A stretch of DNA of 64,000 nucleotides from Candidatus Brocadiia bacterium (lineage in GTDB: Bacteria; Planctomycetota; Brocadiia; SM23-32), in the NCBI GenBank assembly GCA_046483385.1, contig JAWODG010000220.1, positions 1,029-65,028 on the forward strand. Direction: 5' to 3'. How positions within the stretch are numbered: the first letter of the stretch is position 1; each line of letters begins with the position of its first letter. Shown piece by piece: positions 27,647-35,933 of the stretch. The translations under genes were made by a program, and so were the position numbers. The notes beneath the pieces were generated by a model. It did not search any database, was not told where the DNA came from, and saw only the letters and a program-made list of their open reading frames with translations.

Positions 27647-29101
27647 TCAGCCCTTGACCACGCCGATGGGCTCCAGGCGGGCCACCTTGCGCGTGATGCC
27701 GGCCTCGTGCATCACCGAGACGACCGCCTCCACGTCCTTGTATGCCTCGGGCATTTCCTCGGCCAGAGTGCTGCGACCTTCCCAGGCGACCGTGACACCG
27801 CGGTCGGCCAGTTCCTTCTGCAGATTGCGGCCCCCGGCCTTCTTCTTGGCGCCCGTTCGGCTCATAACGCGGCCCGCACCGTGGCAGGTGCTGCCCCAGG
27901 TCTCTTTCATGGCCCGTTCGGCGCCCACCAGCAGGTAAGAGGCCGTGCCCATGTCCCCCGGTATCAGCACCGGCTGACCGACATCCCGGTAAGGCTCCGG
28001 GACTTCCGGATGTCCGGCAGGGAAGGCCCGCGTGGCACCCTTGCGGTGGACGCAGAGGCGGCGCTTCTGGCCGTCCACGTCGTGCTCCTCCATCTTGGCG
28101 ATGTTGTGGCAGACGTCGTAAACCTGCCGGATGCCGAGTGCGTCGCGGTCCTTGCCGAAGACCTTCTCCAGCCCCCCGACGACGAGCGAGAGGATGGTCT
28201 GGCGGTTTGCCCAGGCGTAGTTGGCGCCACATGCCATGGCGGCCAGGTACTCCTGGGCCTCGGGACTGTCCAGCGGCGCGCAGGCAAGCTGCTTGTCGGG
28301 CACGTTTATGCCGTACTTCCGCGTGGCCTTCTGCATGGTCTTCAGCGAATCCTTGCAGATCTGGTGACCGAAGCCGCGGGAGCCGCAGTGGATCTGGAAG
28401 GCCACACTGCCCTCGGCAACCCCGAAGGCCTCGGCGACGGCCTCGTCATAGACCTCGCGCACGATGTCCACCTCAAGGAAGTGGTTGCCGCTGCCGAGGG
28501 TGCCCATCTGTGGTTGCCCCCGCTCGATGGCGCGCGCGCTCAGGACGCCGGGATCCGCGCCTTCCAGAGCGCCCTGCTCTTCGGTGCGCTCCAGGTCGTC
28601 TTCCCGGCCGAAGCCCTGCCCCACCGGCCAGCCGGCGCCGTCACGGCAGACGCTGCGCAGTTCCTTCTCGGAAAGCTTGCGGATGGCCTTCGATGAGCCC
28701 ACCCCGCACGGGACCTGGTCGTACAGTGCCTTGACGATCTTGTCGATCCGCGATTTCACCTCGTCCGCGGCCAGGTCGGAGGCCACCAGGCGCACACCGC
28801 AGTTGATGTCGAACCCGATGCCGCCTGGCGATACCACGCCCCCCTGCTCGGGATCGAACGCCGCCACTCCCCCGATGGGAAAGCCGTAGCCCCAGTGCGC
28901 GTCCGGCATGGCAAGGGAGGCCCGCACGATGCCCGGCATGTGGGCGACGTTGATGGCCTGCTGCCCGGCGCCGTCCTCCTCGATGCCCTCCAGCAATCGG
29001 GAATCGGCGTAGATGCGGACCGGCACGTTCATGCCGCCGAACGGCTCGATCTGCCAGATGAAGTTACTGACCTGTCGGATCTCATAGTCTCGTTCTGTCA
29101 T
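27647..29101 (-). CDS. rtcB: RtcB RNA ligase (tRNA-splicing ligase type)
   Basis: MPDAHWGYGFPIGGVAAFD, DINCGVR, GTLGSGNHFLE, HCGSRGFGH, HNIAK, HRKGATR, STCHGAGR, EEMPEAYKDV. Confidence 0.97.
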   Translation of the reverse strand: MTERDYEIRQVSNFIWQIEPFGGMNVPVRIYADSRLLEGIEEDGAGQQAINVAHMPGIVRASLAMPDAHWGYGFPIGGVAAFDPEQGGVVSPGGIGFDINCGVRLVASDLAADEVKSRIDKIVKALYDQVPCGVGSSKAIRKLSEKELRSVCRDGAGWPVGQGFGREDDLERTEEQGALEGADPGVLSARAIERGQPQMGTLGSGNHFLEVDIVREVYDEAVAEAFGVAEGSVAFQIHCGSRGFGHQICKDSLKTMQKATRKYGINVPDKQLACAPLDSPEAQEYLAAMACGANYAWANRQTILSLVVGGLEKVFGKDRDALGIRQVYDVCHNIAKMEEHDVDGQKRRLCVHRKGATRAFPAGHPEVPEPYRDVGQPVLIPGDMGTASYLLVGAERAMKETWGSTCHGAGRVMSRTGAKKKAGGRNLQKELADRGVTVAWEGRSTLAEEMPEAYKDVEAVVSVMHEAGITRKVARLEPIGVVKG

Positions 29102-29136
29102 CTCGGTGCACCTCCCGTGGTGCGACAGCGTGTGAG

Positions 29137-29574
29137 TCAGACGTCGAGAACGATGCGCGCCCTGCGCTGGCCGTCCTCCTGCTCGATGCGCAGGCCGTGA
29201 TACGTGACGGCTTTGACGGCGGACGAGGTTGGGTGGCGCTCCGGGTCGAACGGTTCACCGAACAGGGTGCCCTCCACCCTCTTATCCTCGACCGAATCGA
29301 CCCGCGCCCGCCCCGTGGCGAACTCACGGACCTCGAAGGCGTAGAGCACTTCCTCCAACCACTCGACCAGCAGTTCCTCCGGCTCTTCGCCCTCTGCACT
29401 CACCGTCAGGGTGTCCGTCTCCTCGACCGAATCGGTGTCCAATATGGCGTCCATCAGGGCCGCGGCGGCCTCCTCGAACAGTGCCTCCAGGCCGGGACCC
29501 CAGGCCTCGATGCCGACGTCCGCCGTGTGCTCGAAAGTGCCGTGTCCGCGCGCACCGGGGTCGCTCCACGCCAT
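29137..29574 (-). CDS. Archease (RtcB cofactor)
   Basis: FEHTADVGIEAWG..LE.LF, ELLVEWLEE, VKAVTYHGL, RIVLDV C-terminus; adjacent to rtcB. Confidence 0.93.
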   Translation of the reverse strand: MAWSDPGARGHGTFEHTADVGIEAWGPGLEALFEEAAAALMDAILDTDSVEETDTLTVSAEGEEPEELLVEWLEEVLYAFEVREFATGRARVDSVEDKRVEGTLFGEPFDPERHPTSSAVKAVTYHGLRIEQEDGQRRARIVLDV

Positions 29575-29721
29575 GGGCTGTTCCTCCGACTTCGGCTCCC
29601 GGGATGCCTCTCCCCCTGCCCGGCAACCAACAGCGATGGGTCCGTCCGTTCCGTCTCTACGTACATGATGCACGCGCTGGGGCGAGGAATCAACCTGCCT
29701 TTGGCGCATCACCTGCGCGTC

Positions 29722-32439
29722 TCAAGTGGTCGGAAGTTCCAGCAGCGCCCCGCCGGTGGCCTGCCGCACGCGTTCGGCCCACTCGGGATGGCACGTCAGC
29801 ACGAAGACCTGTCGCCTCTCCCCCACCTTCGCCAGCAGTTCGGCGGCCCGCCCGCCCCGGTCCCTGTCCCAGTTGACGAACACCTCGTCGAGGAACAACG
29901 GCAGCCGCTCGTATCCCTCGTCCAGGTGGTCCACCACGGCCAGGCGGAACGCCAGGTATATCTGGTCCAGTGTGCCGCCGCTGAGGGGCTCGTCCACGAA
30001 CCGCCACGCGGGGCCGTCGCCGTGGACGACGGCCAGGTGCTCCTCGCCGTCGTCGTCCGGCATCATCTGCAGGCTCCCGTAACGGCCCTGCGTAATGTCC
30101 CAGAGGTAGCGGCCCGCGCGTTTCAGGACGTCGGGCTGATGCTCCCGACGGAACTCGGTGTCGGCCCGGCGGAGGATAGATTCCAGCAGCGCCAGCCTGT
30201 CGCGCCGCCGGCGCGCCTGCTCGAGTTCCTCCCGCAGTCGCTCGATCTCCCCGTCCAGTTCGGCCACGGAAACGTCGCCGCGGGTGCTCTGGATGTCCTT
30301 CTCCAGCTCGGCGGCTTCCACGCGCTTCTCCTCGCGCTCCGCCTGGAGGTCGTCCGCCCGCTGCCGCACGCGCGCGACTTCCTCCGCGTCCAACTGCCAG
30401 GCGTCACCTTGCTCGGCCTTCAACTTCTCCAGCCTGGCTTTCAGTTCGGGCAGGTCGGGGTGCTCCTTCTCCAGTTCCTCTTCGGCCTCGCGGACCCGCT
30501 CGGCCAGCTTCCGGACCTCGGCGGCGCGTTCGGCCGCTTCCTCCGGAGGACCGGCCTCCGGCACCGCGGCGCGTATCCGTTGCTCCACCTCCCCACGCGC
30601 CTCGCGCGCCCGACGGAGCTCCGGCACCACCTCGTGGCGGAGGGCCTCCAGTATCTCCCCGATACGACGCGCGGCCTCCTCCGCCCGGCCCCGGCGCTCC
30701 TCCGCTTCCTGCAACTCCCTCTCGGCCCGGTCGAGACCGGCCAGTCCGGGCGGACAGCCCACCTCCTCCAGCAAAGCGTCGAGTTCCTCGGACGCATCAT
30801 CGTGCCGTTTCTGCAGCGCCTGGAGGCGCTCGCTGAGTGACTCGCGTTCGTGCACGGCCGACCGCAGCTTTTCCACCTGCTGCAGCAGCCCCAGGTCGGG
30901 CCGCTCCAGCAGCGCGTCCGCGACGGGCAGGTCGGCCAGAAGCGCGGCCACCTCCTCCCGCGCCTCCTCCATCAGCCGTTCCGCCTCGGCACGCTCCCGT
31001 TCCAGTTGCTCGGTCCGCTCCTGTTTCCTTTGCTCCAACAGGTTGCGCTGCCCCTGCTGATGGCGGCGGATGCCATAGAGCACGGCCCCCAGCAGCAACG
31101 CGAGCGCCCCGACGCCCCAAAGAACACTGACCGAGGCGGCCAGCCCGGCAACCAGCATAGCGAGCCCGACCCCCCCGGCCACAAGCGCCGGCCAGAGCGG
31201 AAGGGGCTCGCCGACGAGCACCGTCTCCACGGTCTGCGCGGCAAGCCTCTGGGACTCAGTGGCGGCATCGTCGTAGCGGTTGATGCGACCCTTCAGTTCG
31301 GCGGGGGCTATCTCGCGGACCGCATCCTCGAACTCCTCCCGCCACGGCTCGGACAGCACGTCCTCGGCCGCTTCGCGCACGGCCTGCTCCTGGTGCTGGA
31401 GGTCCGTCTTCAGGCCGCTGATCTCCTCGGCTTCTCCCTGCAGGCGCCCGCTCTTGCGCACCCACGCACGGATGTCGTCGGCACGCTCCAACAGCTTTTC
31501 GTCCTCGCGGCTCAGGGCCCGACGCATCTTCTCCAGGTTCCTCTTGTCACGCAACAGACCCTTGAGACGCTGCCACTGCTGCTCGGCGGCCTCGCGGACG
31601 CGTCGCAGTTCGGCCACCGGCCCGTCGGGCAGACTGAGCGCGGCGTCCTCGTCGGGGATGTCCTCCCGCCAGCGGGCTATCTGTTCGAGCTTCTGCTTGA
31701 GGGGTAGCAACTGGTCGGCCTGTTTGACGCGGGCCTGCAGCCGGGGCAGTTGATCGGAGACTTCCCCGATCTCCTCCCGCAGTTCGGCCAGTCGGGCGGC
31801 TTTGTCCCGTGTCCGGCGGTCCCGCTCCAGGGCGTCCTTGCGTTCCGCCTGCACCTCCCTTATGCGCTCCCGCAGTTCACGGCACTTCTGGTTGCCCCGG
31901 CGGTTCGGCCGCCACAGGCCGCCGGCCTCGGAGTTCAGTTCGGCGATAACCTCGCTCATCGGGCGCAGGAACTCGACCCCGAAGCCACCGAGAAGGCGGT
32001 CCTCGACCCCTTGGCGCTCCTTCTCCTCCAGCGCCGCCATGTCCTCCAGCGTCAGCGAGTAGAGGGCGTCGTAGAGGTCTCGCTCCACGTGCTGTACGAA
32101 CGGGAGGTCATGGTTGCTCAGGTCCCTGGCCTGCCCGTCCATGGTGACGGTACCCTGCGGGTTGCTGGTCAGCTTGCGCCAGATGTCAGCGCGGCGGCCG
32201 TCCTCCAGCGCGATGGTGGCTTCGATTTCGGGATACACGTCGCGGTCCCACGGCCTGTAGGGGAAGTCCCGGACCGGGTAGAACCCGTAGAGCAGGGCGC
32301 GGCAGACGCTCAGCAAGGTCGTCTTGCCGGCCTCGTTGGGCCCGCACACCACGTTCACGCCGTCGGCGAGCTGGCTTTCGGCCAGGTCCACGCCGAAGAG
32401 AGCCCCGAACGCAATGATTGAGATATTCCGTATTCTCAT
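29722..32439 (-). CDS. YhaN-like SMC/Rad50-family ATPase (AAA_27)
   Basis: Walker A GPNEAGKTT, long coiled coil, signature LSGGTLDQIYLAFRLA, Walker B LFLDEVFVNWD, QVFVLTCH. Confidence 0.9.
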   Translation of the reverse strand: MRIRNISIIAFGALFGVDLAESQLADGVNVVCGPNEAGKTTLLSVCRALLYGFYPVRDFPYRPWDRDVYPEIEATIALEDGRRADIWRKLTSNPQGTVTMDGQARDLSNHDLPFVQHVERDLYDALYSLTLEDMAALEEKERQGVEDRLLGGFGVEFLRPMSEVIAELNSEAGGLWRPNRRGNQKCRELRERIREVQAERKDALERDRRTRDKAARLAELREEIGEVSDQLPRLQARVKQADQLLPLKQKLEQIARWREDIPDEDAALSLPDGPVAELRRVREAAEQQWQRLKGLLRDKRNLEKMRRALSREDEKLLERADDIRAWVRKSGRLQGEAEEISGLKTDLQHQEQAVREAAEDVLSEPWREEFEDAVREIAPAELKGRINRYDDAATESQRLAAQTVETVLVGEPLPLWPALVAGGVGLAMLVAGLAASVSVLWGVGALALLLGAVLYGIRRHQQGQRNLLEQRKQERTEQLERERAEAERLMEEAREEVAALLADLPVADALLERPDLGLLQQVEKLRSAVHERESLSERLQALQKRHDDASEELDALLEEVGCPPGLAGLDRAERELQEAEERRGRAEEAARRIGEILEALRHEVVPELRRAREARGEVEQRIRAAVPEAGPPEEAAERAAEVRKLAERVREAEEELEKEHPDLPELKARLEKLKAEQGDAWQLDAEEVARVRQRADDLQAEREEKRVEAAELEKDIQSTRGDVSVAELDGEIERLREELEQARRRRDRLALLESILRRADTEFRREHQPDVLKRAGRYLWDITQGRYGSLQMMPDDDGEEHLAVVHGDGPAWRFVDEPLSGGTLDQIYLAFRLAVVDHLDEGYERLPLFLDEVFVNWDRDRGGRAAELLAKVGERRQVFVLTCHPEWAERVRQATGGALLELPTT

Positions 32440-33674
32440 CGCTCCTCCTCCGGCACCAGGCGTGCGGCGGCTTCCCGGTCCAGCCCATCGAGCAGTTCGC
32501 GCAGATAGGCGGTGGCGTCGTCGGGGTTCCCGGCCAGTTCCTCGGGACAGAGTTCCTCGATGAGCTCATCGTCGGAGGCTGCCTTATCGATGAGTTCGAG
32601 CGCCGTGCCCAGGACCGTCCGGCCATCCCGGTATTCCTCCAGGTCCACCGGACGAGTCACGTCCGCGGGCCTCACCTCCAGCCAACCGGCCCCTAAAGCC
32701 TCCTGCAATTCCTCGGTAAGCGTGCTCAGGTTCTCCGGCTGCGCCAGCTCCGCGGCCAACGGCGACTGGCCGGTCAGGTCCACTCGCACGAAGTGCTCGC
32801 GCCCGTCGTCGATGGCCATCCGCTCCCGCACTGTTGTCACAAGCTGCAAGGTCAACGGTCCCAGACCCTCGGCCTCGGCCGGACAGGCGACCTCCTCCGC
32901 GTGCCAGACGACCGGTGCCAGCGGCACGAACTCCGGGGCAGCGGGCATGCCCTTCTCCACCTCGACCCACAGCGCGCCCTTCGACCCGGTCTCCCGGGGG
33001 TTGCGGCCCTGCGTGTTGCCGGCGTACCAGGCGGGTGCCTCTTCGCAGACGCGCTGGCGGAGGTGAATGTGGCCCAGCGCCCAGTAGTCATAACCGGCGT
33101 TGCGGAGATCGTCTTCGGTGCAGGGGGCGTAGCGCTCGTGCCGGTCCGTGCTGCGCGCCCCGGTGACCTGGGTGTGCAGCAGTCCAATGTGGGGCAGTTC
33201 GCCCTCGGCAACCGGGAAGTCGGCCGCCATGTTCTGGCTTTCCGCCGGGGTCATGTGCCCGGCGCCCGTCAACCGGGCCACGGCCTGGCCGTCGGGGTCC
33301 CTTATGTCCACGGTCTCCGGGTTGCTGCTGGCGAACATATGCACGTTCGGGGGCCAGTCGATGCTACGCGCGCGGTAGTTGGCCCGGCCGGGGTCGTGGT
33401 TGCCCGGGGCGTAGAAGAGCGGTATCCCGGCCTCATCCAGCCGCCGGCAGCAATCCAGCAGGAGCCGCTCGGTGGCGAACGACAGCCGGTCGTCGTCGAA
33501 CAGGTCGCCCGCGATGAGGACGGCGTGCGCCCGTCGCTCGACAGCCAGCTCAACGCCCGCCTGGAAAGCCTCCCGGCAGGCATCGCGCAACCGCCTCCGC
33601 ATGACCTCGTCGCGGCCGTAGAAGGGGGTGTCCAGGTGACAATCGGCCAGGTGAAGTATCCGCACCGGACCCAT
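32436..33674 (-). CDS. YhaO-like Mre11/SbcD-family metallophosphoesterase (DNA repair exonuclease)
   Basis: LHLADCHLD, IAGDLFD, PGNHD, YDYWALGHIH, YAGNTQGR..E.G.KG; ATGA overlap with the ATPase gene. Confidence 0.92.
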   Translation of the reverse strand: MGPVRILHLADCHLDTPFYGRDEVMRRRLRDACREAFQAGVELAVERRAHAVLIAGDLFDDDRLSFATERLLLDCCRRLDEAGIPLFYAPGNHDPGRANYRARSIDWPPNVHMFASSNPETVDIRDPDGQAVARLTGAGHMTPAESQNMAADFPVAEGELPHIGLLHTQVTGARSTDRHERYAPCTEDDLRNAGYDYWALGHIHLRQRVCEEAPAWYAGNTQGRNPRETGSKGALWVEVEKGMPAAPEFVPLAPVVWHAEEVACPAEAEGLGPLTLQLVTTVRERMAIDDGREHFVRVDLTGQSPLAAELAQPENLSTLTEELQEALGAGWLEVRPADVTRPVDLEEYRDGRTVLGTALELIDKAASDDELIEELCPEELAGNPDDATAYLRELLDGLDREAAARLVPEEER

Positions 33675-33843
33675 AGCTGCCTCCCGCGTGCAAAACCGAG
33701 ATAGGTCGCCCGGCGCCCCGCAGGGCGGGACACAAATCACTTGTGCAGGAGTTTACCATAGCCCGGGCGTCGTGGCAAGCGCATTGCGGATGTAGCGAGC
33801 ACGTTCACCCGGCCGGCGCCCCGGAAGCAGTCTCCGGCGGCAG

Positions 33844-34027
33844 ACATACAAACAGAGCCCGCCATACGGCGGGCTTTGCCCATTGGGATAGCTGCGCTCT
33901 GCACGGCGTCGCAGAAGTCCCAGAGGAGAGTTCGCCGTATGGCGAACGGCAGGAATGAGGCCCAGGCGTCAGCCTGGGTTTCCGGTGGGAAACATACAAA
34001 CAGAGCCCGCCGGAAGGCGGGCGGCAC
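33844..34027 (-). repeat. Tripartite hairpin repeat copy 2 plus an extra terminator-like hairpin
   Basis: Inverted homolog of 1963-2059 at 33929-34027; 20-bp direct repeat ACATACAAACAGAGCCCGCC at 33844 and 33992, each giving a hairpin plus T-rich tail on the minus strand. Confidence 0.7.
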
Positions 34028-34062
34028 AACGCGTGGGCCCCGATCCCGATGTCCGGCCGCCC

Positions 34063-34581
34063 TCACCGGGTCTCTGTGGCCTCCGTTTCGGCCAGGCGGC
34101 GGTTGTACGAGCGCAGCAGGTCGCGGTAGTGCGCGGGCAGCCGGCCGGTGCGTAGCGCATCGTCCAGCTTCCGTCGCTCGGCCTCGGGCAACCCGGGCGC
34201 CCAATCACCCTCCGGCGCGCCTGCCGGGGTGAGGCGCCCCCGGTCCCAGCGGCCGCCGGGCAGGATGGATTCCTCCGCCGGTCGGTCCGGCCGGCCCGTG
34301 GCGGCGCCGGGGATGGTCGGCTGCTCGAGTTCGCGAAGCCCGCTTTGGCTCTGCGGTGACTGCCCCTCTTGCTGCCGCTGTCGGACCAGCCGGTCAAGCT
34401 CGGCCAGTATCTGCTGCTGGGCCCGTTGCACGTCCGGGCCGGTGTTTCCCTGGCGGAGCATTGCCTCCACCTCGCCCATCCGCCGGCCGACGGCCCCCAG
34501 AGGACCCACCGGGCCCCGCCCCGCGACGGCCCACCCGCACACCAGCAACAGGAGTGCGACGACGATGTAGCCTCGTCTCAT
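34063..34581 (-). CDS. Hypothetical exported protein (helical)
   Basis: Signal peptide, MGEVEAML..G.TG..VQ..QQQIL..LD.L, W..LP..ER, LP.HYRDLL..Y.RRLA; ATGA overlap with the upstream gene. Confidence 0.7.
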   Translation of the reverse strand: MRRGYIVVALLLLVCGWAVAGRGPVGPLGAVGRRMGEVEAMLRQGNTGPDVQRAQQQILAELDRLVRQRQQEGQSPQSQSGLRELEQPTIPGAATGRPDRPAEESILPGGRWDRGRLTPAGAPEGDWAPGLPEAERRKLDDALRTGRLPAHYRDLLRSYNRRLAETEATETR

Positions 34582-35933
34582 TCCGCCTCACCTCCCGCGG
34601 CCAGTTGTTCGAGTTCCAGCAGACCCTCGCGCAGGGCGGCCTGACGCTCGGCCAGACGCTCTACACCCGAACCGAGTTCCGGTGACTCCAAGACCCCTCG
34701 GCGCTCGTCCAGCCGCGCCGTCCGTCGATTGAGCGCGCTCTGCAGCGTGCGCAGCACCTTCAGCTCCTCGGCCATGTTGACGGGCGGGCGCTCGCGTTGC
34801 CGCCGCTCACGGTCCTGCCGCTCCCGGTCAGGGGGCCTCTCGGCGGTCTCCGGCGCAGCGGACAGCACCTGCATGAGCGTTTCCAGGATGTCCTCGATGT
34901 CCTTCTGGAGGACGCGCGCGGGCTCGACGTCGGCTTCATCCAGCAGGTCTCCACATGCCAGCAGGTCCTCCTCCAGCCGCGCCATCGCCTCCGGCCAGGC
35001 GACCGTGCGGCCGAAGTCGTCCAGCAGTGCGGCCGCATCCCGGACCCGACGGGCCAGGGCCCGCTCGCGTTCCGCCAGGTCGGCCAGTCGCAGCATAACG
35101 GCGCGCCCCGGGCGCTGGGAACCGCCAACCCGTCCGGCGGTGTCCACGGTGTCAGCGCTGATTTCGCGTTGCTCCTCCAGCATCCCCCTGAGCACCTCGA
35201 CCATGCCGCGCCGCGCCTCGGACCGGCGCTGCGCTTCGGCTCGGCGAATGGCATCCCGCACGGCATCTCGAGCGGCCTCAAGTCGTTCGCGGGCGCTGCC
35301 CTGCTCTGCCTGCGTTTCCGGGACCTGGGCCCGTCGGAGAGCCTCCCGGGCCGCCTCCATGGAGGGAACGGCCAGCGCCAGCTCCTCTCCCCCGGGCGAG
35401 TTGCCCAGCGCCGCGCGCAGTTTCTCCGTGTCCTCCCGTATCTCCTCCTGAAGATCGGCCAGGCGTCCCAGCTCTTCCGGGTCGGAGGGGTCCACTCCGG
35501 AGGTCGCGTCCGCGGCCGCAGTCTGGCGTCGCAGCAGCCCATCCAGTTCCTCGGCCGCCCGCCGCAGGCGGTCCAGCCGCTCCGCTCCCTCACCTTCCGT
35601 CAGGGCATCCGCCATGAGTTGCAGGTCGTCCAGGACGGCCAGCTCCGCCTGCCGCGCCTCCGCGTAGCGGCCTTCCGCGAGAAGCGATGCGATCTCGCGC
35701 ATGCGCGAGACCAGTAGCGCGTCGCGGCTCAGCGTCAGCGCCCGACGCAGGCGGTCCGCGCGCTCGGGCTGTTCGGTCGTCTCGATCAGTTCCAGCAGGC
35801 GCCGTTCCACGCCCTCCATACGCTCCCGGATGCGCTGCTGCTCCGCGGGCAGCTCCTGCGCACGCGCCGTCACCGACAGGCACAGCCCGCCCACTATTGC
35901 TGTCAGCACCACCGGCCGGAGGATTGTGCTCAT
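34578..35933 (-). CDS. Hypothetical exported coiled-coil protein (DUF4175-like)
   Basis: Signal peptide, repeated L..Q..L heptads, EELKVLRTLQ..LNRRT. Confidence 0.7.
   Translation of the reverse strand: MSTILRPVVLTAIVGGLCLSVTARAQELPAEQQRIRERMEGVERRLLELIETTEQPERADRLRRALTLSRDALLVSRMREIASLLAEGRYAEARQAELAVLDDLQLMADALTEGEGAERLDRLRRAAEELDGLLRRQTAAADATSGVDPSDPEELGRLADLQEEIREDTEKLRAALGNSPGGEELALAVPSMEAAREALRRAQVPETQAEQGSARERLEAARDAVRDAIRRAEAQRRSEARRGMVEVLRGMLEEQREISADTVDTAGRVGGSQRPGRAVMLRLADLAERERALARRVRDAAALLDDFGRTVAWPEAMARLEEDLLACGDLLDEADVEPARVLQKDIEDILETLMQVLSAAPETAERPPDRERQDRERRQRERPPVNMAEELKVLRTLQSALNRRTARLDERRGVLESPELGSGVERLAERQAALREGLLELEQLAAGGEAE

Noticed and set aside
33844-34027. CRISPR array or c-di-GMP-I riboswitch
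   Set aside because: Only two 20-bp repeats and no cas genes; GGGCAAAG is present on the minus strand but the rest of the GEMM consensus is missing. The dispersed hairpin repeat explains it better.
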